DNA from: Candidatus Poseidoniaceae archaeon
Lineage (GTDB): Archaea; Thermoplasmatota; Poseidoniia; Poseidoniales; Poseidoniaceae
Assembly (NCBI GenBank): GCA_949372875.1
Contig: CASIAW010000005.1
Location: 98,586 to 162,585, forward strand
DNA: 64,000 nucleotides
Direction: 5' to 3'
Both the position numbers and the translations under genes were made by a program. The notes below the pieces were generated by a model that saw nothing but the letters and a program-made list of their open reading frames with translations, was not told the origin of the DNA and made no database searches. This document shows positions 37,555-46,938 of the stretch, one piece after another. Numbering within the stretch: position 1 is the first letter of the stretch; the number at the start of each line of letters is the position of its first letter.

Positions 37555-40500
37555 ATGAAGATTCAAACGCTGTTAATCGTATTGATGCTAACACTTTCTG
37601 GTTGCCTTGGACTCAATGATGCTGGTGAGGAAATCGACCCTGATGATAAATTTCCGAATGATACTGCGGCTTTTTACGATACCGACAACGACGGGTTGCC
37701 TGACGAACTTGATGGCCCATCAACCTCCAACCCTCCATTGATTGCTGATAGTGACGATGATAACGATGGTTTCCCTGATTCAATGGAACTCTCATGTGGA
37801 ACGAATCCGCTATTGGATACATCTTTCCCTGACGACCTTGATGGAGACTTTGAATGCGATGACCAAGATTTCGATATCGATGGAGACGGTATTTTCAACT
37901 CAGCTGATGCCTTCCCCTTGGATGCGACCGCAACTACAGACACTGACGGCGATGGAATGCCTGATACGGTAACTGGTGAATCAACCCTCACAGAAGATAC
38001 CGATGATGACAATGACGGGTGGTCTGATGAAGTTGAAACTGAATGTGGCAGCAATTCCCTGGTTGCTTCACTCACCCCAATAGATGAAAACGGCGACGGT
38101 GTATGTGATTCTGTTTCAACCGATGACGATGGAGATACATATTCTGATGACGAAGAAACACTGTGTGGTTCTGACCCACTTGACGCTTTGAGCATTCCTT
38201 CTGACCTTGACGGCGACTCTATCTGCGATGCACTGGATGAGGACGTCGATGGCGATGGAGTCTCCAACGCACAAGACATGTATCCTAGCGACGCGAGTAA
38301 ACATGAAGATGTGCCCGGATGTATTGATGAAAATGCTTTCAACCACGACATTGGTTCAAACCTCGATGATGGTTCTTGCTTTGGCCCCGAAGAAGCACAT
38401 TCCATGATGTCCGAATTTATGGAAAGCGGTACATGGCACTTTACTACAGAGCAACAAGAAGAGATGGATGAAGGCGAGTTTTATCTGATTCAATCCCTCT
38501 TTGTCAATGATGCTGAGAATGATACAACACTGATTAGTCAAGTGGTCTTGGACGATTCCGGGGAAGAAATGTTCAGCATCAGCTTATTGGCTAAAGATGG
38601 CATCATTGAACTGCATCAATATGCTGATGTTTATTTGGAAGAAGAAGGCCAAACCATTACCATGGATGATGCAGTGCTCATTCACGACCAAATTATGACG
38701 AGTCCTTTCATGGAAGAGAGTGAAACGTGGTATCATTGTGAACAAGATGTGAGCAGTGTATGGTTCTGCTCGAGTTCCTATTTCTTTACCGTGGGTGAAG
38801 AAATTTCTCTCTTCGACTGCGATGATGGAAGTCAGATATATATCTCTCAAGTCAACGATGGCATGACTGACTGCGCAAATGATGAAGACGAACCGAAGTA
38901 TGATGAAACAGAATACAGCGAATTTGAGTGCGACACTGGCGAATATATCTACCTCTCTGAAGTCAATGATGGAAGTCCTGATTGTCCGGCAGGCGATGAT
39001 GAACCAACTTATGACCCAATTACACAGGAAGAAACCTCTAATTTCGAATGTTATGATGGCAGTACAATCCCCCTTTCTTGGGTGAATGATGGAACATATG
39101 ATTGTCCTTACCAGGCTGATGAACCATACTATGAATCTGAAGAAACTTCCGAATTTGATTGTAATGATGAAGTAGATACAATTGCACTTTCCTGGGTCAA
39201 CGATGGATACGAAGACTGCCAAGACGGTTCTGATGAATCAGAGTATAGCGATGCCACTGGCAATGCAGACAGTGCAACAGATACTCTTCACCTGTTTACA
39301 TGTGATGATGGAACTATGATTTTAGCAGAGTATGCTAACGATGACAACAACGATTGTTCTGACGGTTCTGACGAAGCACAAAGTACAGAAGCGACAACGT
39401 ATGAATGTAAGAATGGTGAAGTAATTGACTTTAGCCTTGTCAACGATCAATCAAAGGATTGTACTGATGGTTCTGATGAACAATATGACTTCCAATGCGA
39501 GAATGGAAATTCCATTCCGCTCTCATATGTGAACAATGGATACTCGTACTGTGAAGATGGTTCTGACGAACCTGAGTATGAGGAAGGTGAAGAACTTTCG
39601 ATGTATGATTGCGCTGATGGAAGTCAAGTTTTCCTTTCAACGGTGAACGATGGAAATGATGACTGTAGTGATGGAACTGACGAAAACCCTACGCATCTTG
39701 ATTATGTTGAACTGGTATACTTCTCATGTGAAGAAACTGATTCCGAAATTCCTCTCAGCCTCGTGAACAATGGGGAAGAAGATTGTCAAGATGGTTCCGA
39801 TGAAGCGGAATATGACAGTATGGGTAATGAAATCTCTGAGTATTACTGTGAAGATCCAACGACTTTCGACGAAGAAGATGAAACAGTAATCAACCTCAGT
39901 CAAGTGAATGATGGTACAGAGGACTGTGCTTTTAGCTGGGATGAATGGACATATGTGAGTGAAAACTGGTTCGGAATGGAACGTGATAATGAAGAAGAGT
40001 TGAACGGTGATTGCCAAATTGATGGCGAGGATTTCTTTGTCCCATGGGTCTTCGTGAACGATGGTGATGATGACTGTGATAACGGCGATGATGAACCATC
40101 TTACGACAGTTCTGGCATGGAGACTTCAACAATGACATGCTGGAGTGGCGATATTATTGCACTTTCTTTGGCCAACGATGGCAACAACGATTGTCCCGAC
40201 GGAGATGATGAAATACTCTACATGTATGTGGTTATACTTGAAGGACAAAGCAGTTCTGGAGAAAACTGGTCCTGCATCATACCCTTTGAATACCTCAATG
40301 ATGGAGATGGAGATTGTCAAGGGTACGCCGATGAACCTGAGTATGATAATGGAGAAGAACTTACTTTCTTCGAGTGTGATGATGGAACCCAAATATATCT
40401 CTCTCAAGCAAATGATGGCCTGGCTGACTGCGCAAATGGAGAAGATGAGCCTACGTGGGAAGAAGTAGAATACTCTGAATTTGAATGCAATACTGGCGAT

Positions 40501-42339
40501 TACATCTACCTCTCTAAAGTCAATGACGGAAGTCCAGATTGTCCGGCAGGCGATGACGAACCAACATATGACCCCATAACACAAGAAGAAACTTCAACTT
40601 ACGAATGCTCTTATGATGGCAGTACAATTCCTCTTTCTCAGGTGAGTGATGGAACCTATGATTGCCCTTATGGAGAAGATGAACCGTATACAGAGGAGGA
40701 GGATACTTCTGAATATGAGTGCGCTGATGGTGCGTATACAGTTCCGACCTCCTACATAAATGATCGATATGAAGACTGTGATGATGGTTCCGATGAACCC
40801 GAGTATGACCTCGAGGAAATCAGTGTATTCACATGCAATGATGGAATTGAAATCCCATTGTCTTCGGTAAACGATGATTTCAGTGATTGCTCTGATGGAA
40901 GTGATGAGCCAAATAATTTCGAATGTCTCGATGGTTCATCTCTCTCATGGTACTGGGTAAATGATGGATATGAAGACTGTCAAGATGGTTCTGATGAATC
41001 CGATATTGATTATGTAGGAAACTATGTTTGTCAAGATGGAAATGAAATTCCAATGCAGAATCTTAGAGATGAGTATGCGGATTGTAATGACGGGTCGGAT
41101 GAAATCTACTTCGATGATACTTTTGAAGAATGTGACTGGGATATCGACGATAATATGTGGGCATGCTCTGGAAGTCCAATGCCCGATGGTACATGGAGTT
41201 GGGTCATTGAGAGCGACGGTAGTTGGGCAATTACCTTAGAGCAATCTTACGATACATACTTGATCCTCATTACTCCGGAAATGACCATCAAATCGGTCAC
41301 CAATTACTTCGAAGATGACGACAACTCAGAGACGTATACTGCCGGTCTTGGTGGACATGTTATGTCCCTCAACATGGAACTTAGCGATGCTGCTCCTCCG
41401 TTTATGGTATATTTCGAAGGTATTCCAATTTCCTCAGGCGATGATACTTTCGAATGTGACGATGGGGCATTCATTGCCTTCTCATCCATTAACGACGGAA
41501 ATGAAGATTGCTCTGAAGGTGAAGATGAGCCTCAATACGAACAAAATGAAATTTCCGAGTGGAAATGCGTCACAGGTGAAGATGATGAATGGCTTTGGCT
41601 CTCTCAGGTATCTGATGGCACTCAGAATTGTCTCGATAATTCTGACGAGGACATAACGGCACTCTTTGAGTGTAATGACGGTTCAACAATTACCATCGAG
41701 ATGGTAAGCGATGGAACGAACGATTGTGCAAATGCGGAGGATGAGCCTACGTATGAACAAGGAGATCAAGAGGTTTCTGAGTTTGATTGTTATGATGGTG
41801 AAGAGATTATTCGACTTTCTTGGGTGAATGACGGATATGCTGATTGTGAAGACGGCTCAGATGAAAATCTTGGTGAAGGACATGGACATGGCATGTATGG
41901 AGTATCAACTCTCGGTTTTTCTTCAGAAATGGAAATCATTGAATGGAACGGTGGCTCTCTCACCGACTCAACGAGTGCTGACGGAATGGACCTCGTTCTT
42001 TCAATGTGTGATTCCTTTTCCCACCAGTTCACCGACGAATACATGCTTGTTTCCGAATGTGGTGCTGATGTTCAGCGATGGTCTCTTGCAGATATTTTTG
42101 CAGGGCAAGTTACTGGAATTGAATTTTATGATACTGATGAAAGTGGAACACTCACCGATGGTGACATGTTTGAAATTACTGAAGATCTTGACAATAACCT
42201 CGAATGGAATGCTGTTCGCCTAGCGAAAGGTTCTGCCTACGCAGATGAGAATCCTGAAGTTGTTCTTCCTGGTTTCACAGCTGCTCTTGGCATTATCTCA
42301 ATGCTTGGAGCTGCTCTTCTTGTCCGCAAGAACGAGTGA
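37555..42339 (+). CDS. Giant (1594 aa) acidic surface lipoprotein. Lipobox signal peptide, thrombospondin-type-3-like Asp repeats, about 24 tandem LDL-receptor-class-A-like calcium-cage modules, C-terminal PGF-CTERM archaeosortase sorting signal.
   Basis: MKIQTLLIVLMLTLSGC (lipobox). DTDNDGLPDELD, DSDDDNDGFPD, DTDGDGMPD (TSP3-like DxDxDG). Repeated modules of about 45 aa with consensus [FY]xCxDGSxIxLSxVNDGxxDCxDGSDEPxY. C-terminus LPGFTAALGIISMLGAALLVRKNE (PGF + TM + basic). Confidence 0.85.
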   Translation: MKIQTLLIVLMLTLSGCLGLNDAGEEIDPDDKFPNDTAAFYDTDNDGLPDELDGPSTSNPPLIADSDDDNDGFPDSMELSCGTNPLLDTSFPDDLDGDFECDDQDFDIDGDGIFNSADAFPLDATATTDTDGDGMPDTVTGESTLTEDTDDDNDGWSDEVETECGSNSLVASLTPIDENGDGVCDSVSTDDDGDTYSDDEETLCGSDPLDALSIPSDLDGDSICDALDEDVDGDGVSNAQDMYPSDASKHEDVPGCIDENAFNHDIGSNLDDGSCFGPEEAHSMMSEFMESGTWHFTTEQQEEMDEGEFYLIQSLFVNDAENDTTLISQVVLDDSGEEMFSISLLAKDGIIELHQYADVYLEEEGQTITMDDAVLIHDQIMTSPFMEESETWYHCEQDVSSVWFCSSSYFFTVGEEISLFDCDDGSQIYISQVNDGMTDCANDEDEPKYDETEYSEFECDTGEYIYLSEVNDGSPDCPAGDDEPTYDPITQEETSNFECYDGSTIPLSWVNDGTYDCPYQADEPYYESEETSEFDCNDEVDTIALSWVNDGYEDCQDGSDESEYSDATGNADSATDTLHLFTCDDGTMILAEYANDDNNDCSDGSDEAQSTEATTYECKNGEVIDFSLVNDQSKDCTDGSDEQYDFQCENGNSIPLSYVNNGYSYCEDGSDEPEYEEGEELSMYDCADGSQVFLSTVNDGNDDCSDGTDENPTHLDYVELVYFSCEETDSEIPLSLVNNGEEDCQDGSDEAEYDSMGNEISEYYCEDPTTFDEEDETVINLSQVNDGTEDCAFSWDEWTYVSENWFGMERDNEEELNGDCQIDGEDFFVPWVFVNDGDDDCDNGDDEPSYDSSGMETSTMTCWSGDIIALSLANDGNNDCPDGDDEILYMYVVILEGQSSSGENWSCIIPFEYLNDGDGDCQGYADEPEYDNGEELTFFECDDGTQIYLSQANDGLADCANGEDEPTWEEVEYSEFECNTGDYIYLSKVNDGSPDCPAGDDEPTYDPITQEETSTYECSYDGSTIPLSQVSDGTYDCPYGEDEPYTEEEDTSEYECADGAYTVPTSYINDRYEDCDDGSDEPEYDLEEISVFTCNDGIEIPLSSVNDDFSDCSDGSDEPNNFECLDGSSLSWYWVNDGYEDCQDGSDESDIDYVGNYVCQDGNEIPMQNLRDEYADCNDGSDEIYFDDTFEECDWDIDDNMWACSGSPMPDGTWSWVIESDGSWAITLEQSYDTYLILITPEMTIKSVTNYFEDDDNSETYTAGLGGHVMSLNMELSDAAPPFMVYFEGIPISSGDDTFECDDGAFIAFSSINDGNEDCSEGEDEPQYEQNEISEWKCVTGEDDEWLWLSQVSDGTQNCLDNSDEDITALFECNDGSTITIEMVSDGTNDCANAEDEPTYEQGDQEVSEFDCYDGEEIIRLSWVNDGYADCEDGSDENLGEGHGHGMYGVSTLGFSSEMEIIEWNGGSLTDSTSADGMDLVLSMCDSFSHQFTDEYMLVSECGADVQRWSLADIFAGQVTGIEFYDTDESGTLTDGDMFEITEDLDNNLEWNAVRLAKGSAYADENPEVVLPGFTAALGIISMLGAALLVRKNE

Positions 42340-42364
42340 TTTGAAACAAGCAGTCGTATCAACT

Positions 42365-45016
42365 TTAGGACACGAGAGGGTTGGAAACGTATGGCTTTGA
42401 GTCTGTACGTTGAGCCTTAAGGTTGTGAAGAAGAATCGCAGCGCTTGCAGAGAAGATTTGAACAAGAGCGAAAAACGCTTGCCAGGTTAACATGAAGATT
42501 AGTCTTGGATAAGTAGGAGAATATGCATAGAGGCAAAGACATCCCAAAACAAGGAGAGATTGTGCGAGAATAAATGGCATTAGCGGAATCTCTTGTTCTT
42601 GTATGAACATCATCATGACGCACGACGCAATCAAGAGAGGACTTGCAATCATCAAGATCATCCATCCGGTTGAAGGGCTGTTACCAGCTGCGAAATAGCC
42701 TCCTTGAACTGCTACTGCGCCCGGGTCTAATTCTCTTGGGTGTGGACAAATCCCTTCAAAACAGGTTTGAATTCCATTAACTTGACCATAAAGAGTCCAC
42801 CAGAGCAACCACATCAACCAAGGTAACATGGCATAGAACAACCAAAGCCACTGTTGCGATGATTGCCTTCGTTCAAGTCCAGTCCATTTTTTCAAGGCAG
42901 AAACAATTGTTGGGGTGGATGCTAACAAGACGGTAATACAACAAGCAGCCCATGGCCCCCATGAGACCAAAGTATGCAATGCAACTGCATGGATGGTGTG
43001 CATCTTCGAATATTCTCGATTCTCACCGAAAAATGAGTGATGTATAGCAAGCCCATACCCAGCGAGAACAAGGATGAGCATCAATCGCTCAAGAGGGTCA
43101 TAACCGATTTCACGAACGATTACGCCAAGTACGAGTGCTATCCCAAAAAATGTGGTCGCTCGATGCTCATCTTTGGGTAATACGGTGTTTTTCACTACGA
43201 GGAGCATCCAAATGATGAGAAGGCCCGTTAGCAAAAAACCACCTATGCTGACGGCACTCAAATTAATCAGATCTAACATGTAATGCCTTCCAAACAAACG
43301 ACGATGGACCAGAACGATAGCCGATAATGTCAGAGCAAACACTGACAGAAGAGGTATCATAGATTCCTTTGTGCGTTCTGTATCTTTCTCAAGAAGAATT
43401 CCTCCAAGGATGTAATACCAAGGTATGAGGAAAAACCAAAGACGCAGTCCTCCGATACTGATGAGGACAACTGCAAACAGAATGAAAAGGTAATTTCGCT
43501 CTTTCTCATCACTTCTCCAATGTCCCGAGAATGCAAGAACAGAGACGGCAAGCAAGGCGAACATAGCGCTTTGCACCATAGCTTGCGTGAGCGTTCCTTG
43601 GAATACTACTAACGCAAGGAGAGTCAAACCTACGAGGCTCCAAAAACTGGGTTCAAACTTTTTCCATTTAATCGACGTGTTTGGAGCACGACCAAGCGCT
43701 GAGCTTACCAACCAAACCGCACCAAGTGCGCCGAGTCCACGCGGAATCATAGCAGAATAAGCAAGGTTTGCTTGAAAATACATCAATACAAAGCCAAACA
43801 AACCAATACCGCCAAGCTTGATTAATTCGTCTCTTTGAGTCATTTTATTGGCTCCAAACGCATAAGCAACTCCGGCGAGGAGAATGAGTAAAGTGAGAAT
43901 GGATACAATCACATCCAATGTCCTCACTTGAATCGGTTCAGTTTCGATTGATTCCCAATCAACAACCGTTTCTGACAACATGTCTTTGTCTTGAGGATAA
44001 TAAAACACGTGTCTGTTATATCCAGCCTTCCAATTCCATTGCTCCAACGTTGAAATTTCAGAGGATGTGTGGTCCAACATCGCAAGAGGAATCCTTCCTT
44101 GCAGTTGGTTAGGGAAATCGAGAAGCAGTGTGGAGACCATGAATGCGGCGATATCTGGCTGTTTGATGTCAGACCATACTCCAGTATTCACATGCGGTCC
44201 AGAAATAATAGCAGCGACTTCTTGAGTGACTTTTTCAGCAGAACCGTGGGTTCCTGCATCGGTCATGCCGTGATCGGCAGTTATGACAACAGTCCAATCA
44301 GGCGGCACTGTTCGTAAGAGTCGGTCCACTGTCAGGTCAATGGAGAGGAGTTTCTGCCTGTATTCATCGGTTTGAATCCCCCAATGATGGCCGACTTTAT
44401 CCGGTCCAGAAAAGTGTGCAGCAATGACGTTATGTTCTCCGTTTTGAAGCCATTGTGCGGCTACAGTTTCTGTTTCTTCATCGCCTTGATAGTAGTCGCT
44501 ATGGCCTTTGAAAGTATCAACAAAACTGATATTTGGCATACCTTGGTAGATATTCCCCATCACATAGCTTCCAACCATGCCTACAGAATACCTCTCATCT
44601 TGGGATGCGAGAGTCCATGGATCATTGCCACCTGGGTGGCCAAGATTGAAGTTGTTTAATCCATCAATCGGCCTGTTTGGAACTCCAGTCATCAATTCAC
44701 TGATGCATGTCGCAGACAGCGTAAGTGGGCCTGTTTGGATGTTTAATACAGCAGCCGTTTGTTTGTGACTGTTCAGGTTCGGCATGGATTTTTCATCCAG
44801 CATCAATTCTCTTCCAACACCATCCAAAATGATGAGCAGAAATCCTTCGTTTTGACTGATTATGCTCACCGCATCGACTTCTCCAGGTGGAGTGTCTGTG
44901 TCCAGCAAGACATAAGGAGCGGTAATGAACGCTGGAATGAGCATTAAAGCGAGTAGAAAATACAACCACCGTGTTGGAGGTGAACTGTACAGTTCAGCGC
45001 TTTGCGTTGATTCCAT
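42365..45016 (-). CDS. Alkaline-phosphatase-superfamily (type I phosphodiesterase / phosphotransferase) domain fused to a C-terminal polytopic membrane domain. Architecture resembles eukaryotic GPI ethanolamine-phosphate transferases (PigN/PigO-like).
   Basis: N-terminal TM, then FLLIILDGVGRE (metal-binding Asp), GPDKVGHHWG, VVITADHGMTDAGTHGS (AlkP-core His/Asp). After about aa 380 there are at least 12 hydrophobic helices. 883 aa. Confidence 0.55.
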   Translation of the reverse strand: MESTQSAELYSSPPTRWLYFLLALMLIPAFITAPYVLLDTDTPPGEVDAVSIISQNEGFLLIILDGVGRELMLDEKSMPNLNSHKQTAAVLNIQTGPLTLSATCISELMTGVPNRPIDGLNNFNLGHPGGNDPWTLASQDERYSVGMVGSYVMGNIYQGMPNISFVDTFKGHSDYYQGDEETETVAAQWLQNGEHNVIAAHFSGPDKVGHHWGIQTDEYRQKLLSIDLTVDRLLRTVPPDWTVVITADHGMTDAGTHGSAEKVTQEVAAIISGPHVNTGVWSDIKQPDIAAFMVSTLLLDFPNQLQGRIPLAMLDHTSSEISTLEQWNWKAGYNRHVFYYPQDKDMLSETVVDWESIETEPIQVRTLDVIVSILTLLILLAGVAYAFGANKMTQRDELIKLGGIGLFGFVLMYFQANLAYSAMIPRGLGALGAVWLVSSALGRAPNTSIKWKKFEPSFWSLVGLTLLALVVFQGTLTQAMVQSAMFALLAVSVLAFSGHWRSDEKERNYLFILFAVVLISIGGLRLWFFLIPWYYILGGILLEKDTERTKESMIPLLSVFALTLSAIVLVHRRLFGRHYMLDLINLSAVSIGGFLLTGLLIIWMLLVVKNTVLPKDEHRATTFFGIALVLGVIVREIGYDPLERLMLILVLAGYGLAIHHSFFGENREYSKMHTIHAVALHTLVSWGPWAACCITVLLASTPTIVSALKKWTGLERRQSSQQWLWLFYAMLPWLMWLLWWTLYGQVNGIQTCFEGICPHPRELDPGAVAVQGGYFAAGNSPSTGWMILMIASPLLIASCVMMMFIQEQEIPLMPFILAQSLLVLGCLCLYAYSPTYPRLIFMLTWQAFFALVQIFSASAAILLHNLKAQRTDSKPYVSNPLVS

Positions 45017-45066
45017 GTAGGGTCCTCAAAGTGACTCTTCGGTTGCAGCAGGGACTTAGTCGTAAC

Positions 45067-45102
45067 CTGGACAGGTGCCCCCCCTAGCGGGGGGGCGTCC
45101 AG
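45067..45102. terminator. GC-rich interrupted hairpin (6-bp outer + 8-bp inner G/C stem) between two co-oriented minus-strand genes. Candidate terminator / RNA structural element.
   Basis: CTGGAC-aggt-GCCCCCCC-tagc-GGGGGGGC-GTCCAG read directly in the sequence. Lies 44 nt downstream of the lipoprotein stop and 50 nt upstream of the next gene start. Confidence 0.35.
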
Positions 45103-45145
45103 TATCAACAAAGCACAATGCTTCAATCGAGGTATATTATCGGTT

Positions 45146-46297
45146 TCAACTGTAGGTTCCAATGTCATCAGAGGTGATGCCATAGTGAGCCCAGACATGC
45201 TCGAGGTGAGCAGTAACGTCGTAGGAGGTTCCAAGTTGAGTAGCGTCTTGAAGGTTCAAGATCTCGTTGATTTTGTCTGCACCGTAGTGTCCATCAAAGG
45301 TTTCGTTTGCTGCGTCACAAGCGGATGCATCAGAGTTTCCGACATAAGTTACGTTTCCGTCAGTGTGGATACATGCATTGGTGTGAGCAGCCGAGTATGC
45401 TTCGATTGCCTTCCAGAATGCATATCCTTCAACTTGATACTTCTCGCCGGACTCGTTGCTGTCCATCTTCGAAGTGTACTTGAGAACTGCTTGGGAGTAT
45501 GTAATGACGAGGTTCTTGACAACGGTGTCTGCTGCTGCAGTGTATCCAGCAGAGTCTCCTGCTTGGAGTGCTGCAAGTCCGTCAACCATTGCGGTTTGAG
45601 AAGCAGTGAGAGCGTTTGAGACGCCATTGGTTTCTGTGCCAAAGTCAGCAGCGCGCTTTTCCATTACCTTAGCAGGAGAGCAGCCGTAGTCTTCATCAGG
45701 TCCGTGGAAGAATGCCCATCCTTCGTCCCAGTTGTGTGGAGCGCCGGAGTCGTTGTCGACGTTTCCAGCATCTGCCTTTGCAATTGCTGAGTTCAACTCG
45801 TGAATAGTGTAAGCAACCATTCCCATGTTAACGGTCAACTTTGCAATACCTTGGTATCGAACGGTGTCAGAAACACCAGCGAAGTCGCCTGTGCCGTCCA
45901 TTGCAGCCATGATGTGGTCATCGACTGAACCGGATGCGTCGTAGTATGCATCGTAGCCGTGGTTCTTACCATCAGCAGACGCAAAGCCAGCGAGTGTGCG
46001 GTAAGAGCCATCGCTTTTTTCTGCATTCTTGCCGTTCATGTAGATGTCCTTTGCAGTTGCGAAGTCGTAGCCGCCATCAGAGCTAGCTGCGGTCTTCATG
46101 TCGCAAAGGTCCTTCATGAGAGAGCGGTGGTTGTCAACATTTGATGCATAGGTGTAGCCACCATCTTCAGCATCCATTGCAACGACCGAATCTGCTGCGT
46201 CCGTCGTTTCGTCTTCTTCTGATGCCAAGCAGCCTGCTAATCCAGAAACTGCCATCAATGCAATCAATACTAATCCTTTCAATTTTGTGTGGTTCAT
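45146..46297 (-). CDS. Secreted lipoprotein of unknown function (DGGY/DGSY-repeat containing)
   Basis: Lipobox MNHTKLKGLVLIALMAVSGLAGC. Repeated ...DGGYTYA..., ...DGGYDFA..., ...DGSYRTLAGF... 383 aa. Confidence 0.6.
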   Translation of the reverse strand: MNHTKLKGLVLIALMAVSGLAGCLASEEDETTDAADSVVAMDAEDGGYTYASNVDNHRSLMKDLCDMKTAASSDGGYDFATAKDIYMNGKNAEKSDGSYRTLAGFASADGKNHGYDAYYDASGSVDDHIMAAMDGTGDFAGVSDTVRYQGIAKLTVNMGMVAYTIHELNSAIAKADAGNVDNDSGAPHNWDEGWAFFHGPDEDYGCSPAKVMEKRAADFGTETNGVSNALTASQTAMVDGLAALQAGDSAGYTAAADTVVKNLVITYSQAVLKYTSKMDSNESGEKYQVEGYAFWKAIEAYSAAHTNACIHTDGNVTYVGNSDASACDAANETFDGHYGADKINEILNLQDATQLGTSYDVTAHLEHVWAHYGITSDDIGTYS

Positions 46298-46311
46298 AAT
46301 AATGTCCTCGT

Positions 46312-46358
46312 TTAGGGGGCCCTAAAACCGCCTTATAAATGTTCTTAGGGCGCCCTAA
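46312..46358. promoter_or_regulatory. Two 14-bp palindromes (TTAGGGGGCCCTAA near-perfect; TTAGGGCGCCCTAA perfect), centres 33 bp apart, bracketing a TATA-like box (TTATAAA, 46333-46339) upstream of the lipoprotein gene. Candidate operator pair.
   Basis: Direct reading: 46312-46325 and 46345-46358. The lipoprotein start codon is at 46297. Confidence 0.4.
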
Positions 46359-46492
46359 AAATTAGAGCGTTATGTTATCGCCTTTGTACGGTCCAAACAG
46401 ATGAGAATGAATCGTAGTCGAACCAATAACCGGATAAGACCTTCACAGAAGCATTCTGACAGTCCGACCGAGGTGAAGCCGATGACTATGGC

Positions 46493-46918
46493 TCAGCAAC
46501 AGCCTTCATCACGCATGGGGGCGCTGATGAAAGTAACCTTATCGACATTGGCAGTATTCTGGAGTTGCTCAATAACCGAACGATAGTGAGATGCCTTTCC
46601 AATGCCTTGGATCACATCGACACACGAATGGCTATGTTTGAGACAGCTGTGGTTGTATGAAGTAATCTCAAGTTCACCGGAGTGACGTAAATCGATAAGT
46701 TTATGCTCATTTCCGTGTTGATAGTAGATGACTAAGTGACCTTCAACGACTGTATCATCATCCATATCTGCTAACTCTCCTCTCTGTTGTATTTCAGCAA
46801 AAAGTAAAGCAGCATCTCGAATGAAGCGACTTCGGTTTTGATATCCTGATTTTTTGATTAAGTCTTCAAAGTCCTCGGCAAATTTTTTATCAGCACTAAA
46901 CGAAATGATTTGGCTCAT
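46493..46918 (-). CDS. nikR: NikR-like metal-responsive transcriptional regulator (N-terminal ribbon-helix-helix + C-terminal ACT-like metal-binding domain)
   Basis: N-terminal DKKFAEDFEDLIKKSGYQNRSRFIRDAALLF resembles the NikR RHH region (...LDxLxxxRGYxNRSEAIRD...). C-terminal domain has HLVIYYQHGNEH and HSCLKHSHSCVDV, His/Cys clusters placed like the NikR high-affinity metal site. 141 aa. Confidence 0.6.
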   Translation of the reverse strand: MSQIISFSADKKFAEDFEDLIKKSGYQNRSRFIRDAALLFAEIQQRGELADMDDDTVVEGHLVIYYQHGNEHKLIDLRHSGELEITSYNHSCLKHSHSCVDVIQGIGKASHYRSVIEQLQNTANVDKVTFISAPMRDEGCC

Positions 46919-46938
46919 GTTGTAACGGAGGAGAGAGT

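Noticed and set aside
37674-40584. Minus-strand ORFs of 243, 212 and 152 aa overlapping the giant LDLa-like gene
   Set aside because: They are antisense artefacts of the highly repetitive, acidic plus-strand gene. Their Ser-rich or hydrophobic low-complexity products are the complement of GAT/GAA-rich codons.
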